From Bugula neritina (Eukaryota; Animalia; Bryozoa): 64,000 bases of DNA. The position numbers were made by a program, and so were the translations under genes. The notes beneath the pieces are model-generated. The model was not told where the DNA came from. It saw nothing but the letters and a program-made list of their open reading frames with translations, and ran no database searches. Positions 37,185 to 54,487 of the stretch are shown one piece after another (within the stretch, counting starts at the first letter, position 1; each line of letters starts with the position of its first letter). Where the stretch lies: positions 6,171,190-6,235,189 of the forward strand of contig OZ037771.1 of NCBI GenBank assembly GCA_964035545.1, read 5' to 3'.

Positions 37185-38700
37185 GTATTGTTATTGCTTG
37201 TTATTATTGATTGTATCACAGCCTAGGGCTGATCCCACTAGTGACTAGGCTGGGATAAGTTTACTGGAATCTAGTGATAGGTCTTTTCTCAAAATCTGCG
37301 CTGATTCTAGTAAGGTCGTCTGTTGAATTAATGTGTATTTGGTCTCACATACTTCAAGTAGTGCTATCTAATCTGCAATTTTGTAATTGTGCCCACTCTC
37401 AATAGCTCCAATTTCTTTGGGGAAGACTTTTAGTGATGTGTTTTAAAGGCTAGTGAGTTTTAGTGCCAGATCCTGATATTTCCCTCCCTCCCTGCCTCAA
37501 CAGCAACAACAACGTTGATCGTTTCTGCATTACGCTTATCAACTACAACGATGTCATGCCTCCTAGCTTTAATGTCTCTGTCAGGGTGTATGTTGAAGAT
37601 TCACAAGCCACACGGTCATGTCTATTACTACATTCTCCTCAAGTGCTAGTTTCTCTCACTCACTAAGTATATATATGTACATTACAGTTTCATCTTTCAC
37701 ATTACACATTTAACGGTTCTTTCTGCCTTGTTCTTTTGTTATGGGCACCTGGTAAATCCTTGTGAGCAGTGCTTGATTATGAGCAGCCAACAATAGTCAT
37801 TCTGTTTGTTTTTCAACAAATTAGGTCTTAACCATTTCTATTTTCATTTTTTCACTCTTTTACTGTACTTACCATGTATGGTTGTTTCTATTCGTTAACT
37901 CTTTCTGTCACTTTCTAATTCTTTAGTTCTCTTGTGGTTTTGTCTTTTTAAGAAATTAGTCAGGATGGCCTCTTCATCTATATTTTTTCTGGTTATGTAA
38001 TCATACATGCTGTAATCCTCACATTCATCTGCTACAATTTCTCTCTTGCTAACATAAAGCCTAAGCTCATGCGCTTTTGATTGAAGTGCACGATTTGTTG
38101 CCATAATCTTCTTTGTTTTTCTGCTCAACAGTCTAGCTGAGTATTCCAACCTTATAACACACAGCTGCAGCTGCCTATGCATTTATTACTCCTATGATAT
38201 TCCCTTCATTCAGTTTTCAGTCCATTAGTTTATAGTATTTCTTCCTGATTATGTTTGTCATTTCTTTCATTTAATTTATCCATTTCTAGGATTCAAAGGT
38301 GCTTGAACCGCTCCTCACCAACATTTTGCATCAGGCAGATTGATTTTCATGTCTTTGATTTCCTTACCTTTTCTCATAGCTGTCACAATTTTGTTGTCCA
38401 AATTATAATTTATGAGGATTGTTGCAGTGTTTACTAAAGCTTCCATTTTGTGCTTAGAATTTTCATCAAGTTTAAAATCATTCTAATATAAGAGATACTT
38501 CTCCACTTCCTTGTAAATAGTAACATTGAGTTTTCAGATATCTCTTTTGCAGCAGTCTAAATCATTGGTCAGGGGAGAATTTCATTTGAAGTTTTAATTC
38601 TAAATGGTGCAAAGCCTTTTGAATGTTTTTTCCAAAAAAGGGCTGGAGCTGAGATCTGTGACCAGCCAACATTTTGCTTGAGAATCATCTACCCAAACTC
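37185..38700 (-). mobile_element. Decayed, 5'-truncated non-LTR retrotransposon of the RLE type (R4/Dong-like)
   Basis: Frameshifted, stop-ridden peptides occur in the expected order. YLLY*NDFKL..EALVNT resembles HLLYMDDLKL. FKHL*ILEMD resembles YKYLGILE. Then KLNEGNIIGVINA and LSRKTKKIMATNRALQSKAHELRLYV (resembling LDRKTRK..ALHPK..RLY), KQTE*LLLAAHNQAL, the zinc-knuckle remnant KMCNVKDETV, RHDRVA, and C-terminal IQQTTLLESAQILRKDL, followed by a (TAA/CAA)-rich tail. Confidence 0.82.
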
Positions 38701-39211
38701 TGCCATTTTCACCTTCTGTTCAGTTTTATTATATTAAATATTTAATATCAACATTAAGCTCAAATTCATTATCAATGTGATATAACGATTGTAAGGTGAA
38801 GTGAGTTATAAATTGCTATCTACATTATTATTCAGTTTTAAAATGGATGAAAATGTATTTCAGTTTAGTATTCAAACTTTAACATTTCGTAAAATTCCTT
38901 AAATGGTATTAAGCACCGATTATCTAAATTCTAAAGTCTAAACTATGAGTATAGAAGCAAAATTTAAGCCTTCAACTTATTTTATTGGTTTTCAAATGAC
39001 ATCAGCTGCTTAATGCTTACCATAGAGAAAGTAAATCTAAAATGTATTACAAATAAATTAAATGACCTCTAAACTTTGCAATACACTAAGCACTCACTGT
39101 TGGACTCGAATAGTTTTTTATGTTATGAGTATTTAGCTACTGCAACTCACGACTAGCTGGCATCTGCTAATGCAGACACAGTACTTTGTATTGATACCTA
39201 TGTTATAATTT

Positions 39212-42200
39212 ATGATTGACTCAAGTTATGACGTGTTTTTAGGCTGCTTGTCTCTGGTATTCTTCCTTGTTGGTCTCTTGGCTTCTGATTTCACTTGGAG
39301 AATAACAAGTGACTACTACAGCTTTAAGAACTTGTGGATTCATTACACTTCACTGCTGTTCCTCAGGCTAACTTCTTTTATATTCCACAGACTTGTTGTC
39401 AAGGACACCAGGTAGTCTAAATATATACTGAGTAGTACTTAATATGCTGAGTAGTACTCAGTATATCAAGTAGTACTCAGTATATTGAGTAGTACTCAGT
39501 ATACTGAGAACTACTTGATATACTGAGTACTACTCAGTATACTGAGTACTACTCAATATACTGAGTACTACTTGATATACTGAGTACCACTTAATATACT
39601 GGGTACTACTCAGTATACTGAGTACGTATGTACTACTGTACTATGATATCAATGATGTACATAATCAATGAAGCTAACAGTTAACTTACAACAGAAAACT
39701 GGATTTATCTGAATACGTTTGCAGTTTCGTTTCTGTGTGGAACTATCTGTATACTGTAAGCTTATCAGCATGTACTTGAAATGAGATAAAGACAAGTAAT
39801 CAATAACATGTTTCAGGAATGTGAGGGGCGTTCAGGAGAAGTTCATTTTGGATCTGATAAAATCTAATGCCCTGACAGATTACGGAAAGGCGCACAACTT
39901 TTCTAGCATCAAGTCTGTTAAAGACTTCAAAACCTGCCATCCACTAACCAGATACTCGTACTATGAGAAGTATATTGACCGTGTGTACAATGGGGAGACA
40001 AATGTGATGACATCACTCCAACCATACATCCTGGCCATGACCTCCGGCACTTCAGGTCACCTATAATCTCAAGCAGTTATTGTGTAATCCCTTGCCATTT
40101 GGGTTTTGCTATCATCCTTAATTTTATTGTTAGTATTTCCACACCTCACATTTATGAGGTGGGATGGTCTGAGAAAACTTTTTACAATCTTCAATGCGAC
40201 TTATATGTAATGCTTATATTCAAAGGATGACAAGGAAATGATTATTTTTTCTATTTTTTCCCATTCATATCATATTGACTGTTATAGTTCAAGGTCAGAT
40301 GTTAACTATGATTACTAATAATGTAAGGAAACTTTGAAATTGTCTATAAATGTGATATGTCCATTAACCAGGTCAGCCAAAGATGCTACCAACTGTGAAA
40401 AAAGGAAGGAGTCTGTTCTTTGCCTACGGCCTGCTGCCTCTCTTTCATATCCTTTTCACAAACATGGACGGCATCAACAATCTGCAGAAGAAGCTCAAGT
40501 TCTTTTACACACCACGGTGGAGACAAACTCCTAGTGGAATATCTATAGGTACGGCTTTGCTGTGTCCTTTATGTAAGACCCTGTTGTTATATTGGCAATG
40601 TTTTGTTGATGCGTTTTTGTTATATGTTACACCAAGAATAGCCGTGTTTTCATCTGTATATATTTCATTACTACTTTACATCCTGTGAATAGTACTTCCA
40701 GTACGAAACTATATATTCTCTAGTATTATTTAGAGTGCGGGTGGGAAACCTTTTGGAGCTGAGGCTACATTCAGTTGATAATTTGATAAAAAGTCACTAT
40801 TACTATTGACTATAAATTTTAAAGACCGCATATGTAAGACAAAAATACCTACTTTTATCAGTGCCTCAGAATGGTAATGATTATAGCGTGAATTTCTAGT
40901 TATTTCCTTCATATTAAAATTTTATAAGTTGAATACTATTTTAAAAAACTGAATGTTGGACAAACATTGAACCGACTGATTTGTTCATTACCCATTAGTA
41001 CAAATAAGTATATACCAAAGTATATGTTTTCAAGTCGCAGGTCTGAAGTATAGTAAATATGCTCACTACTTCTTGCATGCTAATTCGTTATTATCGTATT
41101 TGTTTAGAGAAGCAGCTTGTATAGACTTACAATCTATTTTTGAAGTATTTTGATTAAAAATTTTATACATGCAAATTTAGCCAGCAGCATAATGGCTACA
41201 ATGAAGCAGCAAAAAGTCAGCAATTTATCCGTGCCTGTCTTTAGAGTTGAGTAATGCTGTGCCGTCCAGTACGACATATCAAAGTGCAGGTTAATAGATG
41301 CAAGTATTGTTTCAGGACCAAACTCATCCTCCCCTACCAACTCTCAGGCTGAGCTCAGTTTCCACTCCACTCCAGCCGCTGCATTTGATATTCTCTCAGA
41401 ACCTGAGGCTTTATATGTGTACCTACTCTTTGGTCTCAGAGATAAGAAGTTAGGTGAGCTAGAGTTCTACAGTTGTGATACAATTCTGTGCTATAATATG
41501 CTATAACCAGCTTGCAGTTGCACCTGCAATAGTTTAGTACTTAAACTGGGAACCTTTCACCTCACATTGTTAGTTACTACACAGAGTTCACCTACATGTA
41601 TATGTTTTACATATGTGTCATATATGTGTCATACATGTATGTTTCATATACATTTATTACTGATCAGGACATGACGGTGAAAGGTTAATATGTTTCATAT
41701 ACGTTTTATATACATGAAATATGTTTTACAAATGTTCTACTTATGTTTATATTGTACTAGTATACGTTTCATCTGCTTCATATGTGATATCTGAGCCATT
41801 AGAACTATTATCACTACTGAGTCTAACCTAGTCTGACTTCTCCAGCAAAATCTCCAAGCCTGTGTATTGGTCTCTAGAATCTAAATGAAGCTTTGAGTAG
41901 ATGAGTTTTTTCGTCATCAAAAGATGATTAGTAGCTATCACACAATCCCATCATCATTTTATAGTAGAAAATTAGCAGGAACAGTGACTAATAAAAAGAA
42001 CAATCCAAAATGAACAATGTAATGTAGAATAATAGTATTTTCTGCCCAAAATGCAAATGTTAGGTTAAATCTGAAATAACTATATATGTGGTCTGTAGAG
42101 TTTGACATTCAAGTTAGTTTAACATGGCATTGACCCGTCATATTTAGGAGTAACTATAATGGTAATTGTTACTTTTTCTTTGATAATTATACACTAGCTG

Positions 42201-45200
42201 TAATATATAGTATGCATCTATTTATTCTATACATGCCTTGAAATATTACAACTTTATAACTTGAATAAAAATATAAATTTAATACAAGAAGTAGCCGATA
42301 GTATTTTATGTTGGTGTCTTCAGTTCTATCTCTATACTTCTATTAGTGTATAACATGTGTAGTAGGGTTATAGTAACATAGTATACATGTGGTACAAGTT
42401 TTACAGCATATTGTAATATAGTGAATATATCTGGACATAGTATACATGTGGTATAAGTAGTACAGTATATAGTATGGTATATGCATACTGTATAGTATAT
42501 ATTCTGTATAGGTATTACAGTATGCAGTGTAATTTGTATACATTCAGTAAACTTTAGGTATATAGTATACATAGTGCATCACTCTTCTGTTTTTAGGATA
42601 TTTAGAAGCAAATTTTGCATCCCTCATATACACAGCCTTTGTTAGCTTAGAAAGCAACTGGAAAGATTTGTTGACTGATCTACGTAATGGATACATCAAA
42701 CCTGACCTTAACATTGATAGTTCTGTTCGAAAAAGACTAAATTCGGAGTTATCCCCTTTTCCAGAGCGAGCAAATGAGTTGCAGGTAAAAGTTTGTATAA
42801 ACTTGTAATCGGTTCATTGATCTAAGCATTGTTATTTGGCTAAGTAGAAGTTAGGAGAGATGAAGGGGTGATAATGCATTTCCAGTTGACTAATTAAGAG
42901 GTTGTTGTACTGGAGAGGTTTCTGTGTAGAAGTAGGAATAATTAGGGCAAAGAGGTCATTGTGAATGTGCATCAACCTAGTCAGAGATATATGATTGTAC
43001 GTTAAGGCGCTGTCTATTCTGCAGGTAAGTGAGATTATGTTATTTTGGTTGACCTTGACTGGACTAGAGTTATCTTTTAGATAAGTAACTAGATGATTAG
43101 TGATCTAGCTAGTTTAGTACTGTTTCTGAGCTTGTGTTATCATGTCTGGACTATTATAGCCAGATATGTGTGTGTCGCATTAAGGGTGAAATTTTTTATC
43201 TCAAGCAAGCATCATGTAGCTTCAGTTTCTTGTGTTTTGTTTGTAGACGGAGTTTGAGAGGGGATTTCTAGGTATTGCCAAAAAGATATGGCCTTACATG
43301 AACTTTATTCTCTGTGTGGACAGTGGCTCATTCCAAGTCTATGGTGATCTTCTCAGGAAAACTTACTGTAAAGGTAGGCGTGGCAAGTGTGAAGGAAGGT
43401 GTGATTAATGTAAAAGTAGGTGTCGCTAATTTAAAGGTAGGCGTGGTCAATTTCAAAAACGGTCAACTCTCAGAAAAAAGATATAATATAGTGATAGAGC
43501 ACCTTTTCACAAGTGTTGGTATTTTAAGATTGCATATTGTGGCCAACTTAGGTTCTTCAATTTGGTACCAGATTTCCTTGGGGGAGAGCAGAAAAGTGTA
43601 TCACTTACTGCTATAAGATAGGGAACTTATTTGCAATAAGAGAATAATGTAGCTTTCATCGTTTTTTCACAGTTCTCTTGCATCAACTAAACTCTTAGTA
43701 ATGTGAGTAGTCAGCATGAATGTGACTGGTTGGTAACTTAGAAATGTAAGCTCCTGTCAAAGTTTTACTCTTCCTTTCTTGAAATATTAGAACAGAACTG
43801 GATTCACGTAGTCAAGTTGATCCAGTTAACGGCTGATCATGTGCTTAAATTTAAAGTTACATGCTGCAGCTAGTAACTTTAACTAATTGACTTGACCTTT
43901 TTCATCAACATACTTCTCTCTCAAAGTCTCTCAACTCTGGGAAAGTCAAAATAACTGATTCTTATGTATAATTATCTAAAATTGTTAAAATTTCTCATTC
44001 GTAGAAGATTTCAGAGTTTTACTTTATATTCAAGTTATATACTAAAGGCTTTCAAGTTTCTTTAGTAAAATAATTATTTTATCGGTTTCATTGTTTCTAG
44101 AAAAGTTTGATGATTCTTGTAATTTGTTGCAGCCCAGTATGTCGAGTAAATTCTGCAGCGCAGTATAGTATTGAGTACACTTTTCAGTATAGTATAATAT
44201 TTAGTACAGTATCTTCTGACAATGTTATGATTATATTTAAATTAAATACAAGCGGTTTTACAAGTTTTAATGGAAGTTATTGATAGTGAAATAATTTATT
44301 TATTTATGTCATATCTCTACAGCATATTATCTTATACATAGTGCTGTAGCATATCTTATACATAGTACTGTAGCATATTATACATAGTGCTGTAGCATAT
44401 CTTATACATAGTACTGTAGCATATTATACATAGTACTGTAGCATATTATACATAGTACTGTAGCATATTATACATAGTACTGTAGCATATTATACATAGT
44501 GCTGTAGCATATCTTATACATAGTACTGTAGCATATTATACATAGTACTGTAGCATATTATACATAGTGCTGTAGCATATTATACATAGTACTGTAGCAT
44601 ATTATACATAGTGCTGTAGCATATTATACATAGTACTGTAGCATATTATACATAGTACTGTAGCATATTATACATGGTGCTGTGGCATATTATACATAGT
44701 ACTGTAGCATATCTTATACATAGTGCTGTTACTTATCTTATACATATTCTGTATTATATTTGCAGGTCTACATATCTACTCACCCATATACGCTGCCACT
44801 GAGGGGTTTATCGGCATCAACCTGTGGCCCTTTTCACCTGACAGCCACTACCTGATGATACCCAAAGTTCTCTTCTACGAATTTATTCCGATTGATAAAA
44901 GTTTGTCCTGTGAACAGCCAGAAACTCTCTTGTTACACGAGGTGAGCGTTGATACCTTCTACTTCACCTGACCTTCAACTTCACCTGACCTTCAGCTTCA
45001 CCTGACCTTCAACATCACCTTCAGCTTCACCTCACCTTCAGCTTCACCTCACCTTAAATACTGTCCGCTCAGCAAGGTCTAAAGTGTTGCTGAGTCAGCC
45101 AGTAGCCATATTCTACACTACTGATTAATTTAGAGGCTATATGGGGACCCTTTCATACCTCAACGTACAGGGAGTATGTCTGAGGTTCTAGTAGTTGGTT

Positions 45201-46579
45201 AGGTGACCTCATATGGGCAGTTGGCTAAGTTGGTGCTCAAAGTACTGGGATTCTATGTGAGAGATGGTAGGAGTAAATATAGGTAGAGGTTGGGGGAGGT
45301 GCAAACTTGGAAGTGATGGGTGTTAGGATTACATATAAGTTATAGATAGTAGGAAGGAAGACTGTTGGATTAGAAACTGTGTTACTGATATTATGTATTC
45401 ACTGTGTTTTACAGGTAACAGAGGGAGAGGTGTACGAGATGGTAATCAGTAACTGTTCTGGTCTCTACAGGTATTACAGCTTTACTCTTACTTGTTTCTG
45501 CACAGCAGTCTTTATGTTGACAGTCTCACTAATTATATGACCAACAGTCATATAATTAGATCACTACCAGTCTCAGTTATTAAATGACTCAGTGATTAGA
45601 TGTCTAAAATAATCAGTAAAAAAGTGTTAATTTCTGTTTATTAGACTTCCATTTGGAAATTCCCTATCAAAAAAAATTTCTCTAAAATATAAATATTCTC
45701 ATACTAACGCCTCAGATGTTTCTTTTAGATACCGGTTCGGGGATGTTGTGAAAGTTGTTGGATTCAATAACCAGTCACCCATTGTGGAGTTCATGTACAG
45801 ACAGGGACAATTTTTAAATGTCAGGGGAGAGAAAACTTCGGAGAAGTTATTTTATGAGGCATTCCACGATAGTTTCAATATGGTGATGGTTGATTATTCA
45901 CTGCTGGACTATTGCTGTGTCGAGCAGCTGCCCCAGTCTGGTAGGTGCTACTTGTGTTTAGTGTTTACTTTAGAACAAAGCTGTCTTAACAGTTTGCGTA
46001 ATAATTCAACAACAGCAAATGTGTGTACGTTACACCGTTACACCGTATATAGTTGGTGTGTTGTTATGTAATTTATGTGTTATTGCAGGGGAGGAAATCC
46101 CTAGGTATATTGTATTCATGGAAGTTGGCAGCAATGAAGTGACGCCTTCAGTCTCTTTGGTTAATCAACTTGCAGAAGAGGTAAATGTAGTCTATAGTCA
46201 GGTTTACAGTGAGCTCTAATACTTATCAGTGTCATTGTAATATCAAATATATCATGTACCTACTCATAGTTTTACTTCAAATTCAAAGTGTCTCATGCTC
46301 TAATATGTTGATATCAATATAATTACGTAAATATGTTTTCTATTGGCTCTTTAGCTGGACAAGCAACTGCAAAGCTCTTACATCTACAAGTCATTCAGGG
46401 ACAAGGGAAGTATCGCGCAGGTAAAAGTTCATCTGGTCAAACCCATGACTTTCTCCAAGTTCAGACGTACGCTTATTCTCAGCGAGAAAGCAACTCCCAA
46501 TCAGTTTAAAGTTCCCAGAGTAATTCGCAAGTCTGAGGCTATTGACTTCATGCATCAGAATCTGGTGATTCAACCGTAA
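39212..46579 (+). CDS. GHDC: GH3 domain-containing protein (adenylate-forming acyl-amido synthetase family), GHDC-like
   Basis: Eleven in-frame exons: 39212-39411, 39817-40055, 40372-40548, 41316-41453, 42597-42784, 43247-43373, 44766-44941, 45415-45470, 45729-45940, 46089-46180, 46355-46579. N-terminal hydrophobic segment. GH3 motifs TSGTSGQPK, YAATEG, GLYRYRFGD, LNVRGEKTSE and C-terminal QFKVPR. Confidence 0.93.
39423..39626. repeat. Quasi-palindromic ~19-bp minisatellite right after the GHDC exon 1 donor
   Basis: Unit tactgagtactactcagta is nearly self-complementary. Confidence 0.88.
44320..44728. repeat. 23-25-bp minisatellite, ~17 copies
   Basis: Unit tatacatagt(a/g)ctgtagcatat(ct). 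Confidence 0.95.
44955..45056. repeat. 17-bp minisatellite
   Basis: Unit cttcacctgaccttca(a/g). Confidence 0.85.
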
Positions 46580-47669
46580 CTTACATCTCACTTCCTGTGA
46601 GTTTTCTCCACTTCCTGTTTATTAATATTGTGTTTATTGTGACATTGAAAACTCGAATTAGCTCTATATATATACAAGCAGTGTACAGGCACGACTAAAG
46701 CACCTTATAAATCTTCTGATTTAATGTTTCAGCTCGTTATCAACCTGTTTCAAGTATAATACACGGCATAATTTTCGTGTTTATTCTTTGTTTATTTCCA
46801 AGTTTTCGTAATTTCATGCATCGAGATAATTTTTATGTTATGTAATTTTATTGTTGTAGCCCTACATTGCTCACAAATATTTATTACCAAACACTGTACA
46901 ATCGAATACTTTTCATTCCACCAAGCATAATAGCTAAAAATTGGTACCTCTACGCTTTTCTTGTTTCTATATTTTGTTCTGTAAAACTTTAAATTGATCA
47001 GCCATAATAACTTCATAAAAAAAGTAATTAATTTACACCCAAAGCCATGTTCTATAAGCTACGTATTGCAATTGATTAAACTAGCATGATATGCTGGGAA
47101 TACTTCTGGTAATTAGTGTGTGAGGAGTTGCTTTCTATTGTTGGGTGATTAAATGGCACAAGTGTTTTCAGCATATAAAATATCAAACAAAATCAAAATT
47201 TCTAGTTCTCTGTAATATAAGTGTTATATTATACACCTGAACTTGTCTATCTATATATTTTTTGAGTTGGTTTGTTCTTTATGTTGTTACGTATTGTTAT
47301 TGTGTTTTTGTTCAACTATTCTTGCATAAGCCTTGTTATACAAATACAATCATAACGTATCAAATTTTCAGTCATTTCAAAGTTGCTCAATTTTCCATTT
47401 CTTGTAATACTTGGTGCAGTGCATTCATTATTTTTTATAGAATTGCATAGGATATATGTTTTTTGTATTTGAGAGCGAAATTTGTGTAAATTGTATTTTA
47501 GACATCACTGTGGTTAAAAAATATATGTAATAGTAAATAGATGGTAACCTTTCAGCACTGTTATCTTTTACATGTTACAGAAAAGTTTAATGTGATCAAT
47601 GAAACCCCTTCATTTGTGGTGAAATGAACTTTAAATTGTTAGCCTGAGATGGTTGATAAGGTACTTGTT

Positions 47670-48166
47670 CACTTAACTACCAGCTGACTCAAGTACTACC
47701 TGACTTAAGTACCAGCTGACTCAAGTACTACCTGACTTGAGTACCAGCTGACTCAAGTACTACCTGACTTAACTACCAGCTGACTCAAGTACTACCTGAC
47801 TTAACTACCAGCTGACTCAAGTACTACCTGACTTGAGTACCAGCTTACTCAAGCACTACCTGACTTAACTACCAGCTGACTCAAATACTACCTGACTTAA
47901 GTACCAGCTGACTCAAGTACTACCTGACTTAACTACCAGCTGACTCAAGTACTACCTGACTTAACTACCAGCTGACTCAAGTTCTTGAAGTTCAACTACC
48001 TGACTTGAGTACCAGCTTACTCAAGCACTACCTGACTTAACTACCAGCTGACTCAAATACTACCTGACTTAAGTACCAGCTGACTCAAGTACTACCTGAC
48101 TTAACTACCAGCTGACTCAAGTACTACCTGACTTAACTACCAGCTGACTCAAGTTCTTGAAGTTCA
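47670..48166. repeat. 32-bp minisatellite (~15 units) with a ~170-bp higher-order duplication; most units carry CAGCTGACTCA
   Basis: Unit cttaactaccagctgactcaagtactacctga. The block ending gttcttgaagttcaac occurs twice. Confidence 0.95.
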
Positions 48167-48659
48167 ACGACTTAGTCATTGATACTTTTAATGCTACAAA
48201 GGTTTCGACATTAGTTTTATCAAATTAAATCTTAATGGCACTTTAATAAAGTCTCTTCCAAATGTTTTCCATGCATTTCAATATAATTGTATGCTTTATC
48301 AATTGTATCAATATAGCTTAGAAATATTCACTTTTTCATGTTCAGTTGTTGAATTTATGCAGCAACTTTTGTTACATTTAAAATATCTATATGATAAGCA
48401 ACTAGTTATAAGTTGCTTTGCAATTGGTTTGAATCTATTTGGTTAATTAGTTCTGACAAGGCTTTGGTGTTGCGCTATTTGTTATTCAAGGTGATTTTAT
48501 ACATACTTCAAGATGTTGCTTTATGTATAAAGTTTTGAGGACGTTGAGCTAACAATGGATAGGCAACTAAATAGCACCAAAACTATTAGGCCTACGTACA
48601 GATAAAAATTTCACATCACATAAGCCCCACTAACTAACTGACTTATGAGAACTTAAAAA

Positions 48660-53722
<5,063 letters not shown>

Positions 53723-54487
53723 TATCTTGTGTTCATTAAAGTAAGTCTTACATGCAATTTTTATTCATCAAATAGTTTAATCTACTTTGTTATGGGAAGT
53801 TCATTTTCATAATCTTAGTGACCAGATTTTAGTAGGAAATAATACATGAATAGCTGCTAATTGAAAAAATATTTTCTAGTTACTATAACTTCTTTGTTGC
53901 AGCAATAATTGAGTTACTGCAACTTCTAACTGTTGAAGTATGCCAGCAATGTAAGCTATTTTTGGTATTCTACCTGTTGAACTATGCGAAAACAGACTAC
54001 TGACCCATTATTTAACTTTAATAGGAATTCAGTTACCCAATTTTTTATAATTGGAAAAGATATTACTAAAGATGCGTTCAGCAATGCATCACACGATTCA
54101 CATGGTAGATTTAATTTTATAATACTATAATTTCTATTTCATATTCTCTCCTTATCTATTTGGATAGTTTTAATGGGTAATATTATGTTTGGCTTTTTAC
54201 AAGATTGTTTTTATTTAATGATTCCATCTCTGACTACGACCACAGGTTTATTGGATAATAATGTATGGTACATAATAATGTTTAGTAGTGGGGGGGGGGG
54301 GTGGTGGATGGGTGTATAAGTTTTATGATTTATGATGAACTGACATTTAGTGTCAATTTATCCAAAATTGTTGTTTTGTGTTTATGTTAATTTGTTAACT
54401 TCCGTATACTTTTTTCGCAGTCGAATCAATTTTATTTGCTATATACGATATTTGTTTGATATATTTCTAGAAATCTCCCTGCATGCA

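Noticed and set aside
47670-48166. CRISPR-like appearance of the ~32-bp periodic repeats (also 44320-44728 and 3897-4130)
   Set aside because: The units are head-to-tail with no unique spacers, there are no cas genes, and the context is eukaryotic introns.
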